Assembly: GCA_963841015.1 (NCBI GenBank)
Contig: CAWJAX010000002.1
Span: forward strand, 384,001-448,000
Direction of reading: 5' to 3'
DNA length: 64,000 nucleotides
Source of the DNA: an uncultured Methanoregulaceae archaeon
Lineage (GTDB): Archaea > Halobacteriota > Methanomicrobia > Methanomicrobiales > Methanospirillaceae
The notes beneath the pieces were generated by a model. It had not been told where the DNA came from, did no database searches, and saw nothing but the letters and a program-made list of their open reading frames with translations. Positions 22,773 to 33,486 of the stretch are shown here, one piece after another; the stretch's first letter is position 1; each line of letters opens with the position of its first letter. The translations under genes were made by a program, and so were the position numbers.

Positions 22773-23312
22773 ATGCATATCCATATTTTTTGGGATTCCC
22801 AGTCTCCGCCCGGTCTTCAGATACCGGTCACCCGTATGATGTCTTCTATTCTTGGAATGCCGGCAACGGTGTCGGAGAACCATGTACGTATGATGGGATA
22901 TGTTGACGGGCGCAAACAGATCGATGCGTCAGTGCTGTTAGACAGCATCCAGGCGTACAAACACCGCCATGTCATAAAGGATCCCCTCCTTCTGGTTGTT
23001 CACCAGGACCTTTTTAAAAATGGCAATAGTTTTGTATTCGGACTTGCCCGCGAGTCTGTCGGTGCAGCGGTGGTCTCGACTGCCCGGCTCAGCAATGAAT
23101 ATTACGGGAGAGGCGTGAACGATGACGACCTTATTGACCGGATAACAAAAGAAGGAGCACACGAAGTCGGCCACCTGCTTGGTCTTGACCACTGCCACGA
23201 CCGGGAATGCATCATGTTTAAACCGGACACCCTGGATGAACTGGATCGGAAGAAAAAGGTGCTCTGTAAACTATGCAGTGAACGGCTGGAAGGGCATCTC
23301 GATTCATACTGA
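22773..23312 (+). CDS. Archaemetzincin zinc protease
   Basis: FVFGLA, HEVGHLLGLDHC...CIM, C-terminal CKLC. Confidence 0.92.
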   Translation: MHIHIFWDSQSPPGLQIPVTRMMSSILGMPATVSENHVRMMGYVDGRKQIDASVLLDSIQAYKHRHVIKDPLLLVVHQDLFKNGNSFVFGLARESVGAAVVSTARLSNEYYGRGVNDDDLIDRITKEGAHEVGHLLGLDHCHDRECIMFKPDTLDELDRKKKVLCKLCSERLEGHLDSY

Positions 23313-23337
23313 CGTGATACAGGATAGATGGATCCGG

Positions 23338-23487
23338 GACTGTGGCTTCCCCCTGCACCCGACCGAACAGGTACTACATCATCATTACCAAGCGCAGAGC
23401 GATAAGGGGGACGGGCAATAATCTTCCGTCATCATATTATTTCTTCAGATTTCATAATCTTACCAAAAATATTCCCCGGAGCGCTGG
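23338..23487 (+). repeat. Dispersed ~200-bp repeat family, 5'-truncated copy D
   Basis: ctgtggcttcccc...cgaacaggtactacatcatcat...agcgcagagcgataaggggg matches copy A at 29867-29940. Confidence 0.65.
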
Positions 23488-23519
23488 TATTCAGGCTAAC
23501 ACTCCTCTCATGAGAGAAT

Positions 23520-24485
23520 TTACAGATCCGGCATCTTCCGGGCAATATACCATGCATGGAATGCCAGGACAAGATAGACTGGGAAGAGCATGCCATAGGA
23601 ACTTACCTCGCCCTGATATTTGAACAGCCATACGGTTAGGGTGATATCAATCTGGAATATCATCACTCCCCACCATTTGCCCAGGTACCCGTATCCCAGG
23701 CCAGGCAGCATGAAATTCAAAAATCCCGCGATCAGGGGATTTTTTTTCAGCCGTGGCCTCCGGCTCAGACCCCGGGGAATATGCAACACTGATATCCCGC
23801 ATTTCGGTGACGCAAGAACGGTCTTCCACCGGACATCAGCATTCTCATCACGAAGTGACTGCATGAGTGCCGGGATCGCTTTTTTATCTCCAATCAAACC
23901 GAGGATTTCAATAGCCTGTATCCTTACGCTGCTGTCCTGGTCCTGCAGAACAAGTGACAATGCGCTTATTGCTGCCGGACCACAATCCTTTACTGCCTGC
24001 CATTCCTGCATTCCCACATGATAAAATGCCTTTTCCTCATCGGTTACCGGGTTCCAGCCAATCTTAGCCAGCGCAGATGCTGCACCGTACCGCACATACT
24101 TGTCCGGATCCCTCAGGGCATTTTTGAGGGGTGACGTTACATCCGGACCGCCGATCTCTCCCAGAGCGATCGCTGTCTCCCACCGCACCTCACTGCTTGG
24201 ATCGTTGAGCAGCTCAATGAGCGGCGGAATCGCCCGCCGATCCCTGATCACTGACAAGGCCTCAATAATGCCCAGCCTGACATCCCGGTCTTTGTCTTTT
24301 AACGCGAGAATCAGCTTGTTTATCCCTTCAGTGCCCAATGTACCGAGTGCCTGAGCTGCGCTGGTCTGCACCTCAAAATCGTTGTAGCGTAAAGTCTGGA
24401 TAAGGGCCGGAATATCTTTTCTGTGCCTGAGTGTCTCAACATCCGGCTTTTTTTGAAAAGGGAATGAAACTATCGTCAAGGGCAC
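23520..24485 (-). CDS. HEAT/PBS-lyase repeat protein with C-terminal membrane domain
   Basis: Repeats of D...VR..AA.ALG; hydrophobic tail NPLIAGFLNFMLPGLGYGYLG. Confidence 0.85.
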   Translation of the reverse strand: MPLTIVSFPFQKKPDVETLRHRKDIPALIQTLRYNDFEVQTSAAQALGTLGTEGINKLILALKDKDRDVRLGIIEALSVIRDRRAIPPLIELLNDPSSEVRWETAIALGEIGGPDVTSPLKNALRDPDKYVRYGAASALAKIGWNPVTDEEKAFYHVGMQEWQAVKDCGPAAISALSLVLQDQDSSVRIQAIEILGLIGDKKAIPALMQSLRDENADVRWKTVLASPKCGISVLHIPRGLSRRPRLKKNPLIAGFLNFMLPGLGYGYLGKWWGVMIFQIDITLTVWLFKYQGEVSSYGMLFPVYLVLAFHAWYIARKMPDL

Positions 24486-24486
24486 C

Positions 24487-25449
24487 TCACATATACTCCT
24501 TTCGTTTTGCCAAAAAGAACGTCTGGACTGCGAATAGTGCCGTTACCGGGTACACGATCAGGTAGGGAATGAATGGTCCCATCGCCATCTGGGAGAGTAC
24601 AAGAATACTCATGTAACTCATAAAGACCAGAAATCCCCACCAGTACCCAAGATAGTTATACCCCAGACCGAGAAAAAGGAAATTTAATATCGCTGCTGCC
24701 CATGGATTCTGCCCGGAACGGGAGCGTTTTGATAATCCTCTTGGAAGGTGGGTAAGCGGTACACCACATTTCTTTGATGCAAGGATTGCTTTCCAGCGGA
24801 CGGTGCTGCTGGGATCTTTAAGAACCAGTTCACACGCCCGCTGTGAGGGGGAATCCCCAATCTCTCCCAGAATTTCCACGACCTCTGCCCGTGTTGTGGC
24901 ATTCTGATCCTGGAGAGTTTCAATCAAGGGTCCAGTTGCCCCGGCACCGATCTGCGCTACGTGTTTCCAGTTCTGGAAAGCAATGGAATAGTACGCCCGT
25001 TCAGTATCGGTTTGGGGAACCCAAGCCAACGACTGGAGTGCCTGGGCTGCCCCATATCTTACGTACCGATCCGGGTCCTTTAACGCTCTGACAAGTGGGA
25101 TGATGGCTTCAGGACTTCCAAGGTTGCCAAGTGCCAGGGCGGCAACCCAGCGTATTTCAGCATTCTCATCCTGTTCGAGCAGGGAGATCAGAGATTTACC
25201 TGATCGCTGGTCACGGATAGTCCCGAGCGCTTCTATCGCACCAAGCCGCACGGCTGTTATCCTGTGGTTGAGCGCGGCAATAAGGGGCAGTGTGGCGATG
25301 GACCCCAGAGATCCCAGTGCATCAGCGCTCTGCCACTGGATATCAACATCACGGTGATCAAGCAGGCTTATCAGCCCTTTGATATCCTGTTCAGCTTTCA
25401 GTGCTTCAACGTCTGGTAACCGTAAGCTGAAGAAACCCGGAAATGCCAT
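24487..25449 (-). CDS. HEAT/PBS-lyase repeat membrane protein (paralog of neighbour)
   Basis: Same architecture; NPWAAAILNFLFLGLGYNYLG. Confidence 0.85.
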   Translation of the reverse strand: MAFPGFFSLRLPDVEALKAEQDIKGLISLLDHRDVDIQWQSADALGSLGSIATLPLIAALNHRITAVRLGAIEALGTIRDQRSGKSLISLLEQDENAEIRWVAALALGNLGSPEAIIPLVRALKDPDRYVRYGAAQALQSLAWVPQTDTERAYYSIAFQNWKHVAQIGAGATGPLIETLQDQNATTRAEVVEILGEIGDSPSQRACELVLKDPSSTVRWKAILASKKCGVPLTHLPRGLSKRSRSGQNPWAAAILNFLFLGLGYNYLGYWWGFLVFMSYMSILVLSQMAMGPFIPYLIVYPVTALFAVQTFFLAKRKEYM

Positions 25450-25642
25450 ATCTCGCCAAAATTATCTGGTTCTTTAGTATAATTCCAAACCATATATGAA
25501 CATTATGAAGAACACCGCATTCTTCCCTTGCGCTATGGCCGGAAAAAAAGAAGTGCAGTGATTTATTAAGCATACAACGGCTATTCTCATACCAAAAGGT
25601 AGTTCCCTGTCGCATAAAATCACCTCATCAGGATGATCCGGA

Positions 25643-26626
25643 ATGGGACGCTGTTGTGCAATCATCGATCCGATCTGTGCCAATCATGACAATCCGTCAC
25701 ACCCTGAGTCCAACGCCCGTCTTGTAAATGCATGTTCAGGAATTCCCCGGAATATATCGCTGGCTTCGTCCGAACCTGCATTACGCGAAGATGTTGAGCG
25801 TGTTCATGATCCCGGTTATCTTTTCTGGCTTGAGCAGCGGTGTGCCGCAACCAGGAGCCTTGACTGGCTGGATTCTGATACCTATATCACCCCCCGTTCA
25901 TTCGAAGTTGCCCTTCACGCTGCCGGCGCAGCGGTTGCTGCTGTGAAGCGATCCATAGATGGTGAGCATTGTTTTGCCTTTGTGCGCCCTCCAGGCCACC
26001 ACGCTGAGTTTGATCGTGCAATGGGATTTTGCCTGATTAACAATGTGGCGGTCGCTGCAAAAAAAGCCCTGGAACACGTCGATTCCATTGCGATTGTTGA
26101 CTGGGATGCTCATCATGGGAACGGAACGCAGAATAGTTTTTATGGAACTGACCGGGTGCTGTACTGTTCAGTACACCAGGAGCATTTTTTCCCCTATTCC
26201 GGCTCCATTGATGAAACCGGTATCGGAGACGGCAAAGGATATACCATAAATGCACCGCTGCAGGCAGGATCGGCTATTATCGATTACCAGCATGTTTTTT
26301 CTGAGATCTTTGTCCCTGCAATTGAGCGTTTTTCTCCAGATGTTATGATCGTTTCCGCAGGTCAGGATATTCTCTTTGATGACCCGATCGGCAGAATGGA
26401 TATCCGGCCACAGGATTTTGAGCTGCTGACCCGGATGCTTGTCCAAGGGGCAGGGATTCCTCTTGCGCTGGTGCTTGAGGGAGGATATAGTCCGTCGCAT
26501 GGTGCGGCGATCCATCACATATTCGCCGGGCTCAGTTCTGATCGAAAGGTAAAAGCACCCGGGATGCCTTCAGAACGAACGCGGACGATCGTTTCAATGC
26601 TGAAATCAGCACACTGCCTGCCCTGA
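25643..26626 (+). CDS. Histone deacetylase / AcuC family amidohydrolase
   Basis: HPE, RPPGHHA, GFC, DWDAHHGNGTQ, LEGGY. Confidence 0.93.
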   Translation: MGRCCAIIDPICANHDNPSHPESNARLVNACSGIPRNISLASSEPALREDVERVHDPGYLFWLEQRCAATRSLDWLDSDTYITPRSFEVALHAAGAAVAAVKRSIDGEHCFAFVRPPGHHAEFDRAMGFCLINNVAVAAKKALEHVDSIAIVDWDAHHGNGTQNSFYGTDRVLYCSVHQEHFFPYSGSIDETGIGDGKGYTINAPLQAGSAIIDYQHVFSEIFVPAIERFSPDVMIVSAGQDILFDDPIGRMDIRPQDFELLTRMLVQGAGIPLALVLEGGYSPSHGAAIHHIFAGLSSDRKVKAPGMPSERTRTIVSMLKSAHCLP

Positions 26627-26630
26627 GATC

Positions 26631-27227
26631 TCATGGCGAGGAAAGGATATCGATCTCCATGGTGCTGATTTTTTCGTATGTTTTTTTCAACTGAATGATG
26701 GGCCAGAGTTGATAGAGAAGCACGGTGACAGGTTCCCACATGGCAACCCAGCCGATAATCAGGAGCGCATCAGCAAAAATCTGGGCAAGTAAATGGTTTT
26801 CCAGAGATGACACAAGCTGCCGGCCAAGCAGGGCGATGGTGAGGAATGTGAGGCCGATGAGGAAGGTACTCCTGCCATATCTGAGGTGCGAACGGTATTT
26901 CCTTTCTGCGACCAGTGTCTTGTACTGGAAATGATTTTGGATTGCACGGGGGATCTTCATAGCCCGCTCAGTCGTGGCAATATCCGGGGGAAGGTAAATG
27001 ACTATCTTGAAGGGAGTCTTTGGCGGGAAGTCCTTGACCGTATCGACAATGTAACGTTCTGCCGCGGAGTCGAGTTCTTTTTCATGGAATGGTGCAGGAT
27101 CGAAAGAATTGAAGAGCTGTGCGACAGAAGAGAGTTTGATCTCGATCAGGATCCTGCCGTTTTCTTTTTTATACAGTGATTCTATATCCCCCATACCGGT
27201 ATTTCCTGAATTGCTATACACCGGCAA
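26631..27227 (-). CDS. Conserved hypothetical membrane protein (start may be ~27194)
   Basis: QLFNSFDPAPFHEKELD; two TM helices; IIGWVAMWEP. Confidence 0.75.
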   Translation of the reverse strand: MPVYSNSGNTGMGDIESLYKKENGRILIEIKLSSVAQLFNSFDPAPFHEKELDSAAERYIVDTVKDFPPKTPFKIVIYLPPDIATTERAMKIPRAIQNHFQYKTLVAERKYRSHLRYGRSTFLIGLTFLTIALLGRQLVSSLENHLLAQIFADALLIIGWVAMWEPVTVLLYQLWPIIQLKKTYEKISTMEIDILSSP

Positions 27228-27330
27228 AGTCGATAAACCTGCCTTTGGCAGCGTTTAAACCTGTGACAACATGCCTGTAGGTGTGAGGAGTTACGTGTGG
27301 TGTAAGGGTAGATACCAAATCATCTGGGTA

Positions 27331-27714
27331 TTATCGCTGGCTTAACCGGAGATTAATCTCTTCAATAGCTTCAGTAATTATCTCCCGTACACTCTCATTT
27401 TCCATGCGGTACAAACGCCTGAGGGGAGGAATCGCCCGAATATCCCCGATCTGGCCCAGCGCCCAGGCTGCTTTCAGTCTTACCCGGGAATCGTCATCCC
27501 AGAGGGTATCGATGAGTGGATCCACTGCTTCAGGATCCCTCATTCTTCCCAGCGACTCAGCGGCTTTCCAGCGACTGGTTTCGTTATCCTCGGAAAGCAT
27601 ACGGATGAAATATGCCCGGCGCTTCTCCCTACTGGTATCGGATCCCCCGATGTCCTGCCCGGTATCAGTCCTGTCGTTTTCTTTTTCCTGTTCTGGTATT
27701 CCCGTATCTCTCAT
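27331..27714 (-). CDS. Small HEAT-repeat protein
   Basis: RWKAAESLG, VRLKAAWALG. Confidence 0.85.
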   Translation of the reverse strand: MRDTGIPEQEKENDRTDTGQDIGGSDTSREKRRAYFIRMLSEDNETSRWKAAESLGRMRDPEAVDPLIDTLWDDDSRVRLKAAWALGQIGDIRAIPPLRRLYRMENESVREIITEAIEEINLRLSQR

Positions 27715-27766
27715 CCCCCCTCACAGATACTCAGGGACCGGGACCAGTAGTGTACCTGATACCGCG

Positions 27767-28162
27767 TTATTCAACGATGACAAGTGAGGATCTCCCGCCT
27801 CCTATCTGCGGGTCCCCATATTCATACCTGCCTTTCTCTACAAACCTATAACTGAAGCTCTGCCCGGAAGAGAGTGGACCGGAATTGAAGAGTTCCGGAT
27901 TAGTAACTTTCGGAAGATGAACAACACGGTGCATCATTGAATCTTCGTTTATCCATGTAACGGTGGTACCCTCTTTGATGCTGATTGTAGAAGGATCAAA
28001 AGCCCTTGCTTTAATAATCACCGTAACTGTCCCGGTGTTCGGGACACTCGTTGTGATCCGGGTGACCATGGACGTCTCTTTGGAGACGGATGGGACAGAG
28101 GTACACCCGCAGATTAATACTAAGGTGATAAATACGATCAGCAGAATTGCATAGTTCTTCAT
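27767..28162 (-). CDS. Cupredoxin-fold lipoprotein lacking type-1 Cu ligands
   Basis: LICGC lipobox; FDPSTISIKEGTTVTWIN.D...H, FNSGPL..GQSFSY.F...G.Y.Y. Confidence 0.8.
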   Translation of the reverse strand: MKNYAILLIVFITLVLICGCTSVPSVSKETSMVTRITTSVPNTGTVTVIIKARAFDPSTISIKEGTTVTWINEDSMMHRVVHLPKVTNPELFNSGPLSSGQSFSYRFVEKGRYEYGDPQIGGGRSSLVIVE

Positions 28163-28188
28163 GAAAGAGAGAATGGATGTATACCTGA

Positions 28189-28704
28189 TTATTCTTTTTC
28201 CCTGACGTACAGGATACCCTGTGGTTCCCGGTAATCAGATTTTATCACAATAGTATTTGATATCCGGTTGAACACCCGCAATTTTGTGCCCGGCATGGCA
28301 AGCCACCCGATCAGGCAGTCCAGCGGGAGAAAAAATGCTTTTCCCAGGCTCTCGAGAGCAGCGGTTGGGTAGGTAATTTTCGTTGCATCCCGGTTGACAA
28401 CTTTTAAGTTCATAACCATCTTCCCGATTGACTGACCACGGAAGCCATCCATGACTGTCCAGTAGGCGAAGAAAAATATGGATTCAAAGCCGAGAGCAAA
28501 TACTTCCCAGTGCTGGTAATCCCAGAGAAGAGGCAATTTCCAGAACGGGTCGAAAATACCCCGGATAATATTTAAAAAAAGGATAATGAGGATGATATCA
28601 ATGAGCCATGCCCAGAACCGGGCACTCCACTTGGCAAGATAGATCGTCTTTTCTGGAACCGGTTTTATAAGAGACGGATCATCATTTAGAGTTTCTTCAG
28701 ACAT
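28189..28704 (-). CDS. RDD family membrane protein
   Basis: RFWAWLID, GQSIGKMVMNLKVV. Confidence 0.85.
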   Translation of the reverse strand: MSEETLNDDPSLIKPVPEKTIYLAKWSARFWAWLIDIILIILFLNIIRGIFDPFWKLPLLWDYQHWEVFALGFESIFFFAYWTVMDGFRGQSIGKMVMNLKVVNRDATKITYPTAALESLGKAFFLPLDCLIGWLAMPGTKLRVFNRISNTIVIKSDYREPQGILYVREKE

Positions 28705-28836
28705 TGTAAAAAAGATATTGGCATCCTTCAGGAATGAAGTTTGCTCCTGCTCCTGGAGAGGGGAGAAGGACGGATTTTCCGGGACCGGTTCAGGTCTTAT
28801 AAAAACGGATAAAAAAAGATGGATTCGCAAACGAGA

Positions 28837-29019
28837 TCAGTCACACCGCAGTTTTCCCGCTTTGCCGATATCTTCCAGCTCGTGTTCTTCGATAAGGATA
28901 GTCACAAGTTCCGGTGTGATTCCCGTGGTTCTGACCAGCGTTTCGGTAAATTCGCGCACAATTCTTCGCTTCTGCTCTCTTAAAAGGCCTTTTCTTGTTT
29001 TGAGGATTACAACGGGCAT
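28837..29019 (-). CDS. 4-oxalocrotonate tautomerase family protein
   Basis: 60 aa starting MPVV (Pro1), EQKRRIV...T, VTILIEE, GK.L. Confidence 0.85.
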   Translation of the reverse strand: MPVVILKTRKGLLREQKRRIVREFTETLVRTTGITPELVTILIEEHELEDIGKAGKLRCD

Positions 29020-29438
29020 TGTAATAATCTCCTTAGGTCCGGAAGTATTTGTGAAACGAGTATATAGAACACATCTATTCCGGATGACTGTTCGTGGAGA
29101 TCTCTTCAATTATCCAGGTCGTTCAGGTACATATCCGGAATAAATGGTATGGAGAAATCATAAAGGTCGATTAGGAATAAGGTCATCCTTTTTGTGGCTT
29201 CGTTCCTGGTTTCTCTCATAACAGGTGGATATATCCATTCAGCCTATTTTATGAACAACGGTATTTCGGGTATTTCATTTCTGTTTCAAATCTCCTAATT
29301 CACACTCAAAAATTTTTATTTATTTTCTCCATTGACCTATTAAATATGACCTATTCTTTTAATAAATTTGATATATCCTTATAATTCTTTATATTTTCAA
29401 ATAAGAATTATTATATACTATAATGTCAATTAGTAATC

Positions 29439-29765
29439 ATGAATGTAATGGATTACAATAAGTGTATGCATTGCAGCAGATTTGAGAAATTCGCTCATGC
29501 ACCAGGTAGTGACACAAAACTTTATACGGATTGCTGGTTGTGCGAGGATGCAGCACCTTTTGTTGTACCAGAATATCCGACGTTCGAAAAATTCAATAAT
29601 AACTATATATATGGATTATTTGCATTTTTTTTGGGAATAGTGCTATTATATTGCAATAAATTTATGGACCTGTATTCCACCGGCTGGTGGGTTCTTACCG
29701 TAAAAGGATCTGTATTAATGCTATTATGTGGAATCCTGATCTTCTCCGAATTCTCAAAAAGGTAA
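29439..29765 (+). CDS. AT-rich orphan small membrane protein
   Basis: CMHC...CWLC then two hydrophobic helices; TATA-like ttatata upstream. Confidence 0.6.
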   Translation: MNVMDYNKCMHCSRFEKFAHAPGSDTKLYTDCWLCEDAAPFVVPEYPTFEKFNNNYIYGLFAFFLGIVLLYCNKFMDLYSTGWWVLTVKGSVLMLLCGILIFSEFSKR

Positions 29766-29804
29766 ATAAAAATTAACCGGCAAAATACTTTTTTTTAAAA
29801 AAAT

Positions 29805-30000
29805 TCTGACTATGTAGAAATGCTCAATCGCAAGACTAAACGCTCAATGGGGTTTCACCCCAGCCGCTGTGGCTCCCCCAATGCGATAAACCCCGAACGG
29901 GTGCTCCATCATCATCGCTGAGCGCAGGGGCGGTAAGGGAGAACAGACACGCTTCCTGACACCTGCTTCAACGATATCCTGCCCTATATAAGATGAGCTG
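29805..30000 (+). repeat. Dispersed ~200-bp repeat family, copy A
   Basis: gactatgtagaaatgc...ctaaacgctcaatggggtttcacccc...gtggctccccca...atcatcgctgagcgcaggggcggtaaggg aligns with the reverse complement of 61800-61945. Right boundary uncertain. Confidence 0.85.
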
Positions 30001-30052
30001 GCGTTATCCTTAAATCTTTAAATAGTAACGGCGATGTATTTCACACATCAGC

Positions 30053-32860
30053 ATGAAAAATATTGTCATCAAAGGTGCACGCCAGCATAACCTGAAAAAT
30101 ATCAGTGTTGAGATCCCCCGCGACAAGCTCGTGGTGATCACCGGAGTATCAGGTTCCGGCAAATCAACCCTTGCATTCGATACTCTCTACGCAGAGGGCC
30201 AGCGAAGATATGTCGAATCGCTCTCCACGTATGCCCGCCAGTTCCTCGGCCTCATGCACAAGCCGGACGTAGACAGCATCGAAGGATTGTCCCCGGCAAT
30301 CTCCATAGAGCAGAAGACGACCTCAAAAAATCCCCGCAGCACGGTTGGTACTACCACCGAGATCTACGATTATCTCCGTCTCCTGTTCGCTCGTATCGGT
30401 ACACCCTATTGTCCGGACCATAACATCCCCATCGCTTCCCAGACTCCCGACCGGATCACCGACCAGATTGCTGCTGAACACCCCGGCATGGTCACGATCC
30501 TCTCTCCCGTTGTCCGCCAGAAGAAGGGGACTTACCAGCAGCTCCTCCGTGACCTGAACAAAGAGGGCTACTCACGCGTCCGGGTGAATAAAAACGTCAT
30601 CCGGACTGATGAAGAGATCAACCTCGACCGGTACAGGAAACAGGATATCGAGATCGTGATTGATCGTCTGGTAACTACGGACCGGTCACGACTTACCGAA
30701 GCTGTGGAGAACGCACTGAAGAAATCCGAGGGGCTAATCCTCGTTGTTGACGAAGCAGAGAAGGAATCCACCTACTCATCTCTCATGGCCTGCCCTGTCT
30801 GCGGGATTGCCTTTGAGGAACTCCAGCCGCGGATGTTTTCGTTCAACAGCCCGTTTGGCGCGTGCGAGGAATGCCACGGGCTGGGCGTGAAGATGGAGTT
30901 TGACCCGGACCTGATCATTCCGGATAAGAACCGGTGCATCGCAGATGGAGCCGTGGCTCCTTACCGCAACCCTATGGACGGCTTTCGCGGGCAGTATCTT
31001 GCAACCGTTGCAAAACACTTCGGTTTCGATGTGCTTACTCCCATAAAAGACCTCACAGAAGAGCAGTACAACGCCCTGATGTACGGATCTTCTGAACGGA
31101 TGAAGTTCTCCATGAGCATGAAGAACGGGGACGCCCACTGGTCGCATACCGGTGAGTGGGAAGGACTTCTCCCCCAGACGGTACGGCTGTATTCCCAGAC
31201 CCAGTCAGATTACCGCAAGCGTGAACTTGAAGGGTATATGAGGGTGTTTGACTGTCCGTCATGCAAAGGCAGGCGGCTCAAGGACAAGATCCTTTCAGTC
31301 AGGATCAGCGGGAAATCCATCATTGATGTAACAGATCTTTCCGTCAGTGACAGTGTGGCGTTTTTTGCCGGTCTCAATCTTAGCGAAAGGGAAGTGGAGA
31401 TCGCAAAACAGATCATCAAAGAGATCCGCTCCCGTCTCGAATTCCTGGAAAAAGTGGGTCTTGGTTACCTTACTCTCTCACGCAATGCCGGCACCCTCTC
31501 GGGAGGGGAAGCACAAAGGATCCGGCTTGCCACCCAGATCGGGTCGAACCTTATGGGGGTGCTCTACGTTCTTGATGAACCTTCCATCGGGCTGCACCAG
31601 CGGGATAACCGCAAACTGATCGGGACGTTGAGAACCCTCCGGGATCTTGGCAACACCCTCATCGTAGTGGAACATGACGAGGATATGATCCGGTCGGCCG
31701 ATCATGTTATCGATATGGGGCCTGGTGCCGGGCTTCATGGTGGAGCAATAGTGGCGGAAGGGACTCCTGCCCAGATCGAGAAGAACAACAACTCTCTCAC
31801 CGGGCAGTACCTTATCGGTGCAAAACAGATCGGGATACCTGAAAAACGCCGCGAGGCCACAAAATTCATCACGGTGAAAGGCTGCCGGGAGCATAATCTC
31901 AAAAATATTGATGCAAAGTTTCCCATTGGGCTGCTCACCGTAATTACCGGGGTCTCGGGAAGCGGGAAGTCCACGCTCGTCTATGAAACACTCTACAAGG
32001 GTATGATGCAGATCCTCCACCAGTCGCGGGATCATGCAGGGAAGCATGACGGTATCGTCTTTGATGCAGAGATCGACAAGGTAATTGTGATTGACCAGTC
32101 ACCTATCGGAAAGACGCCCCGGAGCAACCCGGCCACGTACACCAAAGTCTTTGATGAGATCAGAGCCGTTTTTGCCCAGACAAAGGAGGCAAAGATGCGG
32201 GGATACAAACCGGGCCGGTTCTCGTTTAATATCCGGGGTGGCAGGTGCGAAGCATGCGAAGGTGACGGGCTGATCCGTATTGAGATGAACTTCCTGCCCG
32301 ATGTCTATATCGAATGCGAGGAGTGCAAGGGAAAGCGGTACAACCGCGAAACGCTTGAGGTGAAGTACAAAGACAAATCGATTGCTGATGTACTGGACAT
32401 GAGTGTGGAAGAGGCGATGAAGATCTTTTCAAACATTCCATCTATCAAGAGCAAGCTCGAGACCCTCTCCCGGGTCGGTCTTGATTATATCAAACTCGGG
32501 CAGAGCTCAACGACACTTTCCGGTGGAGAAGCCCAGAGGATTAAACTCACCCGTGAGCTTGCCAAGCGGGCTACAGGAAAAACCCTGTACCTGCTTGACG
32601 AACCGACTACCGGGCTCCATTTCGATGATACGAAAAAACTGATCAAAGTGCTCGATGATCTTGTCGCAAAAGGCAACACCGTAGTGGTGATCGAACACAA
32701 CCTTGACGTCATCAAATCAGCAGACCACCTTATAGATATCGGGCCTGATGGCGGGGATGCCGGTGGTAAGATTGTTGCTACCGGGACACCGGAAAAAGTA
32801 GCAGGTGTCGCGAAAAGCTATACGGGACAGTTTTTAAAACCGATATTACATCGGGCTTAA
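30053..32860 (+). CDS. uvrA: Excinuclease ABC subunit A
   Basis: Two GVSGSGKS Walker A motifs, two LSGGEAQRI, Zn fingers. Confidence 0.98.
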   Translation: MKNIVIKGARQHNLKNISVEIPRDKLVVITGVSGSGKSTLAFDTLYAEGQRRYVESLSTYARQFLGLMHKPDVDSIEGLSPAISIEQKTTSKNPRSTVGTTTEIYDYLRLLFARIGTPYCPDHNIPIASQTPDRITDQIAAEHPGMVTILSPVVRQKKGTYQQLLRDLNKEGYSRVRVNKNVIRTDEEINLDRYRKQDIEIVIDRLVTTDRSRLTEAVENALKKSEGLILVVDEAEKESTYSSLMACPVCGIAFEELQPRMFSFNSPFGACEECHGLGVKMEFDPDLIIPDKNRCIADGAVAPYRNPMDGFRGQYLATVAKHFGFDVLTPIKDLTEEQYNALMYGSSERMKFSMSMKNGDAHWSHTGEWEGLLPQTVRLYSQTQSDYRKRELEGYMRVFDCPSCKGRRLKDKILSVRISGKSIIDVTDLSVSDSVAFFAGLNLSEREVEIAKQIIKEIRSRLEFLEKVGLGYLTLSRNAGTLSGGEAQRIRLATQIGSNLMGVLYVLDEPSIGLHQRDNRKLIGTLRTLRDLGNTLIVVEHDEDMIRSADHVIDMGPGAGLHGGAIVAEGTPAQIEKNNNSLTGQYLIGAKQIGIPEKRREATKFITVKGCREHNLKNIDAKFPIGLLTVITGVSGSGKSTLVYETLYKGMMQILHQSRDHAGKHDGIVFDAEIDKVIVIDQSPIGKTPRSNPATYTKVFDEIRAVFAQTKEAKMRGYKPGRFSFNIRGGRCEACEGDGLIRIEMNFLPDVYIECEECKGKRYNRETLEVKYKDKSIADVLDMSVEEAMKIFSNIPSIKSKLETLSRVGLDYIKLGQSSTTLSGGEAQRIKLTRELAKRATGKTLYLLDEPTTGLHFDDTKKLIKVLDDLVAKGNTVVVIEHNLDVIKSADHLIDIGPDGGDAGGKIVATGTPEKVAGVAKSYTGQFLKPILHRA

Positions 32861-32898
32861 TTTTTATCAGTGGTATCCATTTTTTATATAAAAAAGAT

Positions 32899-33171
32899 TC
32901 AGCCTTGTTTTTCCAGCAGGTCTTGTAATGCCGGATCGATTTGGACAGCCTGTTCATAGCGAACCCGTGCCTCTTCATACTCGCCAAGCGTTGTTAAGCA
33001 GTTGCCCATTTCAAAGAGTGCCTTTGAGCAACGGGGAGCTATTACCATTGTTTGTTTGAGATATTTCAGTGCACTTTCGGGTTTCCCTGACCTGAACATC
33101 TCTATAGCTTTCTTGTAGAGAAATTGCGCCTCAATAGGTACACCCTTTGCATAGATATACTTGCATCCCAT
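32899..33171 (-). CDS. Small TPR protein
   Basis: ALFEMGNCLTTLGEYEEARVRYEQAVQIDP. Confidence 0.8.
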   Translation of the reverse strand: MGCKYIYAKGVPIEAQFLYKKAIEMFRSGKPESALKYLKQTMVIAPRCSKALFEMGNCLTTLGEYEEARVRYEQAVQIDPALQDLLEKQG

Positions 33172-33486
33172 ACCACACCTCTTCTCACTGGTCGCCCGAT
33201 ATCCGCGACGACTAAATTATATGAGTATTTTTATAAATATTAATAAATATTCACAGCAGATGTGAGCGGCAGATGTGACGCATGCAGTGCAATGCAAAAA
33301 AGACGGTGAAAAGATGAAGGGTAAAAACGGCAGCGGGGATTGAATGCAATCCTTATGTGTTCACGTCATGCACAATAAAAACCCGGATAACTGCAATGGG
33401 GAGAAGGATTATCAGGTTCTCCCCCATGATTTCCATTACCCCATCCCTATTCCTTATGACCTTTGTATTCTGATTACCTAGTACAG

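Noticed and set aside
18723-26626. Histone plus HDAC as a chromatin-modification module
   Set aside because: They are 7 kb apart and not co-transcribed; the histone lacks a tail and prokaryotic HDAC homologs have diverse substrates.
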